From a virus (lineage: Duplodnaviria > Caudoviricetes): a stretch of DNA of 64,000 bases. The position numbers and the translations under genes were made by a program. Position 1 is the first letter of the stretch, and the number at the start of each line of letters is the position of its first letter. The notes beneath the pieces are model-generated. The model saw only the letters and a program-made list of their open reading frames with translations, was not told the DNA's origin and ran no database searches. Shown one piece after another: positions 1 through 8,135 of this stretch. The stretch lies in the IMG/VR virus record IMGVR_UViG_3300021592_000001, positions 64,001 through 128,000 of that record; one strand, 5' to 3'.

Positions 1-785
1 TCTGGAGGTATCACATTCCCAAATTTCTTGAGCTTCTTTTTGAGGTAAGAAAGCCTTTCCTTCAAACGTATTTGTTCCTTTATCTCAGATATCTTGCCGT
101 CGAGCTCCTCCTTCTTCTTTTCGTAAGTCTTCAGTTTGAGAAGAACTTCTTCGTATTTCTCCTTCAAGATCGACTTATCTGGCATTGTACCGAGACTTTC
201 TTTTAGCACATTGACTTTGACCATAACATTTCTACTTTCCGAAAGCTTGTCGTTTATGTCTCTAATAAGTTCCTTTATAGCTTCCCTTATACGATCATAA
301 GCTTCTAGCCCGAATGCAGCACTATAGAACGACGAACAATCTGACGGTTTCCCGTAAACTAGTGCATGGAAATTATCCTGGGTAAGGAAGTGAAAATTGT
401 AGTATTCATCACTCGTTATTGGCAGTAGTTCTTTGATGAACGCTTCACACTTGGGTATGCCTCCAGCTATCTTCAAATCCTTTCCATTCTTATATATCCT
501 GTATCCATTGCCGTACTTTTTGTGATTGAAAAATTGTTCTATTCTATAAGAATTATCGTCAATTTCAAAGTCTAACGCTCCAAAATAGTTTTTTCCTGCT
601 ATCTGCTTTCTTGGACCTCCTAGTGGAGAAGACCTGAACAAAATATTACACAATACTGAAAATATTAAGCTCTTTCCACTGCTATTCTTTCCGCCTATAA
701 ACACAACTCCTTGATTTTCAAGCGGCAAATCGACTTCCTTATAGAAGAGGACATTCTCGAAGTGGAGATGCTTAAATACTATCAT
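1..785 (-). CDS. sbcC: SbcC/Rad50/gp46-like SMC ATPase, N-terminal part (runs off the window)
   Basis: Not in the ORF track; translated by hand from ATG 785: MIVFKHLHFENVLFYKEVDLPLENQGVVFIGGKNSSGKSLIF (Walker A), Q-loop-like FLTQD, then coiled coil. ATGA overlap with the upstream gene. Confidence 0.85.
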   Translation of the reverse strand, partial: MIVFKHLHFENVLFYKEVDLPLENQGVVFIGGKNSSGKSLIFSVLCNILFRSSPLGGPRKQIAGKNYFGALDFEIDDNSYRIEQFFNHKKYGNGYRIYKNGKDLKIAGGIPKCEAFIKELLPITSDEYYNFHFLTQDNFHALVYGKPSDCSSFYSAAFGLEAYDRIREAIKELIRDINDKLSESRNVMVKVNVLKESLGTMPDKSILKEKYEEVLLKLKTYEKKKEELDGKISEIKEQIRLKERLSYLKKKLKKFGNVIPP

Positions 786-1045
786 CTTAACTCCTCTTCA
801 AGTCTTTTTCTTATCATTTCTTTTATAATGGATACGATCATAGTATTAACTTCATACTCCCCTAGCATCTTTTTAAACTTAAGAGAAAGTCTTTTTAATA
901 TTTCATATTCGCATGATGTACAAAGATCGAATGTTTCTGATACTGTATCCATACTTCCTGCTGCATCCATCTTTCTATCTACTGAATAGCTCTTCCTGTT
1001 TACTTTGTCGATGCTTTTGCAGATATCACAAGCTATGATTTCCAT
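782..1045 (-). CDS. Small hypothetical protein, possible Zn-binding
   Basis: CDIC and CTSC pairs; GGAG RBS; in operon. Confidence 0.6.
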   Translation of the reverse strand: MEIIACDICKSIDKVNRKSYSVDRKMDAAGSMDTVSETFDLCTSCEYEILKRLSLKFKKMLGEYEVNTMIVSIIKEMIRKRLEEELR

Positions 1046-1058
1046 CGTTCTTAACTCC

Positions 1059-1832
1059 TTAATTAAATATCTGTGGTATTTTAATCCTTCTTATTTCCTC
1101 TTTAATTCTTTTCTTCGCTATCTTGCAATATTTTGGATTTTTCTCCACCCCAATCCATCTTCTTCCTAATTTCTCACAGGTTACACATGTCGTTCCTGAT
1201 CCTACAAAACAGTCCAAAATCACGTTACCGTCCTTGCTCGAAACCAAAATGAGGTGTTCTATTAATTTCAGAGGTTTTTGATGTACGTGAAACCGTTTGT
1301 CTTTTTTAAAATTGGACTGAGGTTGGGTATATTTTAAAACATCGAAATTGTTGAATTGTTCCGATTTCTTTATTTTTGCTGGCTTACCTTTGTGAAAATT
1401 TAAAATCTGTTCATATACAGAAGTAAAATCGTAAACTTTCTTTTTAGTCCCCCTAGTAAGATTAGGCTTAAACCAAACTAACGTTTGGTGCAGTTTGAAT
1501 CCATTATCCTCGAAGTTCTTGCTAACTTCTATAGAAGTTTTTTGAGCTGTAAAAACAAACGCTCTTGAATTATTTTTTAGGACTCTGCATAGTTCGCTGG
1601 AAACCAAGCCTACGTCATAAAACTCGTCCTTATATTCTATACCACTAAGCTCGTCGGAGCCTACACCATAAGGAGGGTCTGTCAGGATCAAGTCTATACT
1701 TTCATTGGGAAGCAACTTCATTACTTCTAAACAATCTCCGCAAAGCAACACTCCCCTCTTCGTATAAAAATAGCAGTATTTCGAATGGATTAACTTTTTC
1801 TTCAAATCACACCATTCCATTTCAGTTTCCAT
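1059..1832 (-). CDS. DNA N6-adenine/N4-cytosine methyltransferase (beta class)
   Basis: Catalytic TDPPY precedes HVHQKP and the SAM-binding ILDCFVGSGTT. Confidence 0.92.
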   Translation of the reverse strand: METEMEWCDLKKKLIHSKYCYFYTKRGVLLCGDCLEVMKLLPNESIDLILTDPPYGVGSDELSGIEYKDEFYDVGLVSSELCRVLKNNSRAFVFTAQKTSIEVSKNFEDNGFKLHQTLVWFKPNLTRGTKKKVYDFTSVYEQILNFHKGKPAKIKKSEQFNNFDVLKYTQPQSNFKKDKRFHVHQKPLKLIEHLILVSSKDGNVILDCFVGSGTTCVTCEKLGRRWIGVEKNPKYCKIAKKRIKEEIRRIKIPQIFN

Positions 1833-3177
1833 TTTCGTTGAACAGTTCCTTATATTTCGGCTTTTGCTTGTTCATTTCTATTACTTCTGAAACACGCTTA
1901 ACTGCCATTCTACAATATTTAGGATTCATATCAATTCCAATCCACTTCCTATTTAATTCTTCTGCAACTTTAAGTGTAGTTCCGCTACCCATAAATGGGT
2001 CGAGCACTACACCTGCTTCCCAGCCAGCGTTACAACCGCAGTCTGTCCAGCCGACGGTGTGAGTTGATAATCTTTTTTCTGGCCGTGGAAAAGGAAGTTC
2101 TCTATTAAATTTATTTCCTTGTCCTTTTTGTAAGTTTCCACTTGCCCATTTACCCTTTTTTTGCTCAAGCCACCATTTGTAAAATGTTTCATAGTCATAA
2201 CAATTACTTTCTATCATCCATTTCTTCATTATTTCAAATGCTCGCTTGTAGAATCTGTTTGAATGACTCGTTCTATGTAAAAAATCCCACCAATATTTAT
2301 CATCCCATTTATCTATTTCCTGTTCAGTTTTTGTTATTCTTACTCTCGCCTTCCCACACTTCTTGCAAATCCACTGAGGACAGCCGCACAAAATACATCT
2401 CCTAACCAGCTCCTCAGGGAAAGTTGCATAATGGTCAATGCTTTTAAAACCAAGTTTCCTTGCTGAGAAGGGTTGAGTTGGTATTGCCCACACGTCTCCA
2501 GGATTCCTTCCAGACCGAAAAATAGGTATATTCAGCTTTTGAACTTCATAAATCTTGTCATCGAAAGTATCATCGAATCTTAATATTTCTTTTAATTTGA
2601 ACCAGTCTTCTACGCAAGGGAGAGCAGCTCCTGAAAGGTCGGTTCTTATCCAATGTCTCCACTTATGTTTGCCAAAAGTCTTATCCAATATGGGCTTGTG
2701 TGAAGACTTGATGTGTTTCTTTAGAAATTTTGCAATCGGCTCTTGATAGTCTTTGTAAGCCTTGATTGTGACTGTATTGAGGGGTCTGTCAAGACCTTGT
2801 CGATTGCTATGTCCTTTCCCTCTTCTATACTTGGGAGTCATCCATTTCCATTTCTCCACGTCTTCGTTCTGGAAAATAGTTTCATATTTAGGGGACAGGC
2901 CGTCTCCTTCGGGAACATCGTTTTTCTGAAGTGATTTCTCACTCAGTTCCCTGACTTCTTCCAGGTCAAACCAGTATCGAATTTTTTTCACTAACATAAA
3001 TACAGGTTCGTAAGCTCCTGCGAATCTATCTTTTGCGCTAGAAGGGATGTGATTCGGTTTGTACCAAATTATTTGATTACGAAGCCTAAACTGTCCGCTA
3101 TTAGGGTAGGGATCAACAGGCTTAAAATACTTCAGCAGATGCTTTGGTATTTCTTTCTTATAAAGCCTAATTTTCAT
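1822..3177 (-). CDS. C-terminal half of a split amino-DNA methyltransferase, with insertions
   Basis: LRNQIIWYKPN, YEPVFMLVK, NPGDVW, HYATFPEEL, VLDPFMGSGTT; no xPPY motif; own GAGGAG RBS. Confidence 0.85.
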   Translation of the reverse strand: MKIRLYKKEIPKHLLKYFKPVDPYPNSGQFRLRNQIIWYKPNHIPSSAKDRFAGAYEPVFMLVKKIRYWFDLEEVRELSEKSLQKNDVPEGDGLSPKYETIFQNEDVEKWKWMTPKYRRGKGHSNRQGLDRPLNTVTIKAYKDYQEPIAKFLKKHIKSSHKPILDKTFGKHKWRHWIRTDLSGAALPCVEDWFKLKEILRFDDTFDDKIYEVQKLNIPIFRSGRNPGDVWAIPTQPFSARKLGFKSIDHYATFPEELVRRCILCGCPQWICKKCGKARVRITKTEQEIDKWDDKYWWDFLHRTSHSNRFYKRAFEIMKKWMIESNCYDYETFYKWWLEQKKGKWASGNLQKGQGNKFNRELPFPRPEKRLSTHTVGWTDCGCNAGWEAGVVLDPFMGSGTTLKVAEELNRKWIGIDMNPKYCRMAVKRVSEVIEMNKQKPKYKELFNENGN

Positions 3178-3191
3178 GAATCATCTCCTCG

Positions 3192-5015
3192 TTATTCCAG
3201 TACCCCAGCTTTGATCAGTTCCTTGATAACATATTCCTTTTCCTTCTGCGTTAAATCGTCTCTCAGTTCCCATTTTCTCAAGTCTTCCAACATACGAAGG
3301 ATTAGACGGTAGTTTTGCATTACCATACATTTTACGGGGATATCATCTCTTTTATCGACGCACTCACGAGGCGTCCCAAACCCTGCTCTACCACCGAAAC
3401 TTGCACGACTGCTTTTTCCACCATAACAATCTCCATGATTCCAGAACATAATTCCACTAGGTTTTAAAACTCTTTTGAGTTCGGCGATTATCTGAAGAAG
3501 ATGGTCTAAATACATTTCCAAACTAGGTTCGAGACCGAGCTGTCCGAGCCACGCTCCGCACTTTCTGCAAAAACCTGATCTTATCTTTTTGACTTGTTCT
3601 ACATACTTTTCAGTTTTCTTTCTCGGCCTTCCATGTCTTAAAGTAGATTTGTTGCTTGACCCAGTTCTTACTACTGTCTCTAACTCTTCCCATTCGTGCT
3701 CGCAATTTTTATCACCTCCCCAAACTGTATCCGTTTTTCTTCCGTAGTCTCTTAGAGAATTGCCAGAAAATACTACTTTATTATTCCTTCTAATACATAA
3801 TGTATGATTCTTCTCTACTTCTATACCATAGATAAAACCTTTATAATCTTGAAGGGTCATAGTTTTCTTCAATTTAATCGTCTTCCTTTTCAGGAAGGTG
3901 AGAATGTTTTCTCCTCGGACGGAGACATTGCTTCCGATTTTGAGCGCTACTTCCGTCAAGTCATCTTTTAATCTGGAGGATGCTGTATAACACGAAACAT
4001 ATCCCTTGTTCACATTCAGAAACCCTGTATTCCTCTCACGAGCTGTCCTTCTCCTATTCTTTACACACCCGTCTCCGAACAAATACCACTTTATGAACGT
4101 CCGCAGAAGACTGGAAGAAAGTTCTTTTATTTCCTTTGGAATATATTTTGTGTACGAATTACCTAACTGCTTTAGATAATTCCAAAGCTGTCTATCTGGC
4201 AGATAGAAACATACAATTCCATTACGGCTCTTGGTCTCTCTAAATTCGAAAGGGAGTCTCTTTAGCAGCCTCCTTACTTTCTTGTCTTCAGGAGGCTTTT
4301 GTTTAAGAGATACTGTATAAGTTTTCTTTTTACCTCCCTTGCTCCCTCTGACAGACCCCTCTGCAATCCACAAACCTAAAAAGGCTACCCAATCCTTCAT
4401 TTTTATCTTTTTTGCAGGAAAAAGTCTACTCTGCTTATTATAGAGAACCTTTAACTTCGGGAGCACGAAGTACTTCACATTGTTCCCTCTCCAAGAGAAA
4501 CCAGTCTTCGGGGTGACATGACCTAACTTGATCTCTTTAGCTTTTACAAAGAACCCTTTATTGAGGCTTTTCGTATATCTACCTCTGCAGTCCCTATTCT
4601 TCTCCTTAATAGGGTCTCCTACATTGCGGTAATAGACCAGCATATTATGATCTGGAGTAACTTGCAGATCAATATGGGTATTTTTGAACTGAACTACTTT
4701 TCCTCGATATTTCCACCTTCCAGTCCTGACTACTTTTACCCACTCCAGTTCCCTACTTCCAGGATTGACAGATAGGACAAGATCGCCTTTCTTCACCTCT
4801 TTAATGTCCTTCCATCCATCCCAGGTCAGAACTTCATGTTTCTTCGTATAGCACCAGTAAGGGGGAGACGTTACAATCGTATCTACAAAGTTGTCTGGGA
4901 AAGCCTTCAGAACGTCTAAAACATTGCCTGCAATAACTTTGTTTATAGGACTAATGCCTCGTTCCAGGTCACGAAGATTTATGATCAAACTATCTTTCTT
5001 CTTTTTCACTTTCAT
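3192..5015 (-). CDS. N-terminal half of a split DNA methyltransferase (SPPY, N4-C type), intein-containing
   Basis: VTSPPYW-[intein]-SLRDYG, GQLGLEP, KRVLKPSG, NHGDCY; no FxGxG motif. Confidence 0.88.
   Translation of the reverse strand: MKVKKKKDSLIINLRDLERGISPINKVIAGNVLDVLKAFPDNFVDTIVTSPPYWCYTKKHEVLTWDGWKDIKEVKKGDLVLSVNPGSRELEWVKVVRTGRWKYRGKVVQFKNTHIDLQVTPDHNMLVYYRNVGDPIKEKNRDCRGRYTKSLNKGFFVKAKEIKLGHVTPKTGFSWRGNNVKYFVLPKLKVLYNKQSRLFPAKKIKMKDWVAFLGLWIAEGSVRGSKGGKKKTYTVSLKQKPPEDKKVRRLLKRLPFEFRETKSRNGIVCFYLPDRQLWNYLKQLGNSYTKYIPKEIKELSSSLLRTFIKWYLFGDGCVKNRRRTARERNTGFLNVNKGYVSCYTASSRLKDDLTEVALKIGSNVSVRGENILTFLKRKTIKLKKTMTLQDYKGFIYGIEVEKNHTLCIRRNNKVVFSGNSLRDYGRKTDTVWGGDKNCEHEWEELETVVRTGSSNKSTLRHGRPRKKTEKYVEQVKKIRSGFCRKCGAWLGQLGLEPSLEMYLDHLLQIIAELKRVLKPSGIMFWNHGDCYGGKSSRASFGGRAGFGTPRECVDKRDDIPVKCMVMQNYRLILRMLEDLRKWELRDDLTQKEKEYVIKELIKAGVLE
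3759..4853 (-). mobile_element. Intein (365 aa) with LAGLIDADG homing endonuclease
   Basis: Starts CYTKKHEVLTWDGWK; block B VTPDHNM; LAGLIDADG-like FLGLWIAEGS and WYLFGDG; block F IYGIEVEKNHTL; ends VVFSGN before Ser+1. Removal restores SPPYW-SLRDYG. Confidence 0.93.
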
Positions 5016-5027
5016 TAGGAGATCCTT

Positions 5028-5237
5028 TCACGAGGAAGTGATCTCATGACTTTCTGGATCCAACGAGAACCATCTCACTTGCCTTAAAGGTATGTGACGA
5101 TTGCTTCCTTCCAATAACTGAAGCCATAACAGATCACTACCAAACCTGACTTCTGTGCACTCAAAAACTTCAAGGTATCCATCATTCCACCTTACATTTA
5201 CCAGTATGTAATTATCTCTATCCTTTCTTCTTTTCAT
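5028..5237 (-). CDS. Small hypothetical protein
   Basis: ORF in operon, overlaps the upstream gene, RBS present. Confidence 0.6.
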   Translation of the reverse strand: MKRRKDRDNYILVNVRWNDGYLEVFECTEVRFGSDLLWLQLLEGSNRHIPLRQVRWFSLDPESHEITSS

Positions 5238-5760
5238 GACTTTTCTCCCTCTGCAACATATTACTAATTAGCGACTCAAGTTCATATATAGTCTTACTAG
5301 CATTCTCATGCAAGATAGCTTGTCCTCTGTTCTTTTTCCATTCCATTACGTTTCTGAAATCATCATCAATTAAAATATGGGACGAGCTTGCGAAGAATCT
5401 TTTCTCTTCCCTACGACACGTAATCATAGGGACTCTACCAATCTCTTTTTTAATCCATAATAATTTACCTTCCTCTGCATGAATAGCCTCATCAGGTACA
5501 GCAGTGAGTATAATTGGATCGTATTTACTTACGTGACGCCATAGTTTTTCACCGTCTTTCATCCATCCCATATCTACCCAGAACTTTTTCCCTTTCGAGT
5601 TTATAGCTCTCCAGAACAGTTCCCTTTCATGTTTGCTCAGAATATGTTTCTTATCTTTATCCACAAGATCCTTCAGATAAGGAAACTCTTTAGAGAGAGC
5701 ACTCACTTTCCCATCAAAATCCGTTAAGACGCCATCCATATCTACAAACAGTCTGATCAT
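5218..5760 (-). CDS. HAD-family 5'(3')-deoxyribonucleotidase-like protein
   Basis: FVDMDGVLTD motif I, ILTA motif II, K, LIDD motif IV. Confidence 0.85.
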   Translation of the reverse strand: MIRLFVDMDGVLTDFDGKVSALSKEFPYLKDLVDKDKKHILSKHERELFWRAINSKGKKFWVDMGWMKDGEKLWRHVSKYDPIILTAVPDEAIHAEEGKLLWIKKEIGRVPMITCRREEKRFFASSSHILIDDDFRNVMEWKKNRGQAILHENASKTIYELESLISNMLQREKSHEKKKG

Positions 5761-6872
5761 GAGTTTTTACCTCCAGCGACGTGGACTATCCTGAATGTAG
5801 CCGCTATCAACACATGCTTTGGATCTACAGCATACCTTACCTTGTTAGAAGCATCTACTAGAATGTCCAGTATGTCTAACATCGTCCCTTTAGGGAGATT
5901 GTCTAACTTATACTTCTTCAGGTGTTCGAAGAATCTCTGGTAGTCATAGTAATGACTGCAAAGCTTCGGACTTACCTTGCTATAAATAGCATTTATGTGA
6001 TAGTCTATAAGAGTCCTTATGAAGGATTCGTAAGAGGTTGATACCTGGTGAATGGATTTAATAGCAGAAGTATATTTACCAGAATATACGCTGAGAAGAT
6101 ACTGTATGATTAAGTCACTTCGAGTGTACCCCAAAGTCTCCTGAACTACAGAAAGCAAAGACTCCGCATCAACTTTAGACTCTCCAGAAGATACATAGTT
6201 TACTACTGCTTCCAAACCTTGCAAAGAATCTCTCGGCTGACCTCCACATAGTTCTGCTATCTGAAGAAGTGTCTGCTTTGGTATTTTTATTCTCTCTTTT
6301 TTGCACACTCGCTTTAACAACTTAGCGGTTTCCCTAGGGTCTACAGGTTTCATGTGAAGTTTTAGACATCTTCCTCTAACAGTTGCAGGCAGCTTCTCAG
6401 GATTTGTTGTTACCAATATCCATATTGTATTTGGTGGAGGCTCTTCAAGGGGTTTGAGGAAAGCTGCTATTGAATTCTGGCTGACAGCGTGCAGTTCATC
6501 AAGTATAAATATGCGAAAGTTTGACTGAGGAGCATAATTAGCAGAATTTATTAGTTCCCTCATAAAGTCTATACCAGTCTTGTCCCCCATGTTAATCTCA
6601 TGAACATCTGGATGTTCGGAAATCTCCCTCAAACAACTTTCACACTTATTGCAAGGTATTTTCTTACCTTGACAGTTTACATATCTTGCAATCATTCTAG
6701 CTATACTCGTCTTACCAGTTCCAGTCTCTCCTATAATCAGAATGCTACGTGCTATCTTTCTTCTTTCAAACATTCCCTGTAATATACTGACAACTTCAGA
6801 CTGGCCGATGAAGTCCTCCAGTAACCTGGGTCTATATTTAACCGCAAAAGATTCGTCGATTCTAAATTTCAT
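5757..6872 (-). CDS. dnaX: DNA polymerase III gamma/tau-like clamp loader ATPase
   Basis: KYRP, FIGQ, GETGTGKTS, Zn module C..PCNKCESC, ILDELH, LKPLEEPP, GRC in place of SRC. Confidence 0.88.
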   Translation of the reverse strand: MKFRIDESFAVKYRPRLLEDFIGQSEVVSILQGMFERRKIARSILIIGETGTGKTSIARMIARYVNCQGKKIPCNKCESCLREISEHPDVHEINMGDKTGIDFMRELINSANYAPQSNFRIFILDELHAVSQNSIAAFLKPLEEPPPNTIWILVTTNPEKLPATVRGRCLKLHMKPVDPRETAKLLKRVCKKERIKIPKQTLLQIAELCGGQPRDSLQGLEAVVNYVSSGESKVDAESLLSVVQETLGYTRSDLIIQYLLSVYSGKYTSAIKSIHQVSTSYESFIRTLIDYHINAIYSKVSPKLCSHYYDYQRFFEHLKKYKLDNLPKGTMLDILDILVDASNKVRYAVDPKHVLIAATFRIVHVAGGKNS

Positions 6873-6931
6873 CCATTATACCTCCTACTTATACTTTACA
6901 AGATAGGAAAAACATAAATAATTACAATAAC

Positions 6932-7651
6932 TTACGCTATTGGACCGAGATACTGAATTATGAAATCCCTTATTACCTTATTGTAAAAATACGTCAGAAC
7001 AGGGCTCCTGAATGTCAGGCTAATAGTCCTAAGAGCGGTCAACATTGGAACAATCTCTGTCCAATGACAGAGAGCTATCGCTTCCATCATAGTCAACCTT
7101 ACAAACCTCCTCAATGTCCACCTCACCTGAATTATCTTATCACGGGAATAGATATAAACTGGCGGGTCTATATTCATGAAATCGTTGAACCACTTCACAA
7201 CATTCTTGTCTTTCACCTCATCTATGCTTTCTTTCTTTATGATGAGTTCGGGTATCCCATATTTAAGGCAGGATCTAAGCACCTCTATTTCCATCGGCCT
7301 ATTAGCTATTAAACATTGGAATAGCTCATGTATCAGATTTATAGAGAAATCATTAATGTTGCCAAGAGACTCTATGTCCACTACTAGCTTACCTTTTCTA
7401 TATCGTAATTGGCCATGTTTGACTGACGGCAATCTATTAGCTCTGAAGTTTCTAAGCCATCCTGTTCCTATATATACCTTATTTTTGGAGAGGTACTGTA
7501 GGACTACACCTGCAATAGCAGGATCATTGGTATTATCGAGTAACTCTTTGTAGACTCCCTCAAATTCCTGCTCTACCTGTTCTTTGCTTATGCCAGATAC
7601 CAGTATTTCTAATTCGAATTTAAGATCATAACTGCTGTTACTCTCTTTCAT
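6932..7651 (-). CDS. Hypothetical protein
   Basis: 239-aa ORF, co-oriented, GGAG RBS; no recognised motif. Confidence 0.65.
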   Translation of the reverse strand: MKESNSSYDLKFELEILVSGISKEQVEQEFEGVYKELLDNTNDPAIAGVVLQYLSKNKVYIGTGWLRNFRANRLPSVKHGQLRYRKGKLVVDIESLGNINDFSINLIHELFQCLIANRPMEIEVLRSCLKYGIPELIIKKESIDEVKDKNVVKWFNDFMNIDPPVYIYSRDKIIQVRWTLRRFVRLTMMEAIALCHWTEIVPMLTALRTISLTFRSPVLTYFYNKVIRDFIIQYLGPIA

Positions 7652-7674
7652 ATTCCTTCTCCATTTTACTTATA

Positions 7675-7945
7675 GTGAGAGAAAAAGGAGTAGTAGCTTC
7701 GTAGCGTCCTCTTCGGGGACGATAGAATCACGACCTTCGGTCGTGATTCCTAAAAAGAGAGAAAAGATAAGGAAAAAAGTTAGATTACCCTCCGTTGTAT
7801 GACTTATACATACAACATACAGCAGAAGAACGTCCCTCTCTCTTTCTTTCTCTTTCTTTCTTTAATGATTGCGACCGAAGGTCGCAATCATGTGTTGCCT
7901 CCGAAGGAGGCAACACTTAGTATCGCTGCCCTCCCCACTTCTCAC
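7675..7945. promoter_or_regulatory. Two-fold symmetric five-hairpin non-coding element (candidate origin or hairpin promoter/priming site)
   Basis: Inverted repeats at 7705-7721, 7725-7749, 7794-7816, 7865-7891 and 7892-7916. The four outer hairpins have C-GAA-G loops, two on each strand; mirrored purine and pyrimidine tracts. Confidence 0.7.
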
Positions 7946-8135
7946 ATGAGATACCTCCTAATTGCGGGGATGGTATGAGTGCACACCTCATCCAAATAGG
8001 ATGGCGATTTTTTGCAAAATTTTGGGATTTTTGTGACCAAAATAGTTCGCCATCCATAAAAAAGTCCGAGGGTTAATTTTTCAGAAGAGAACACAGGAAA
8101 TAGCCTTAAAGGAATGATTGCAATATAGCTTCTTA

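Noticed and set aside
1059..5015. Restriction-modification system
   Set aside because: No adjacent restriction endonuclease is recognisable. Orphan anti-restriction methyltransferases are the simpler reading.
7705..7916. Hairpins as ordinary intrinsic terminators, a tRNA or a mini-CRISPR
   Set aside because: The T-tracts lie 5' of the hairpins on each strand rather than 3'. There is no cloverleaf or T-loop, and the repeats are not identical direct repeats with spacers.
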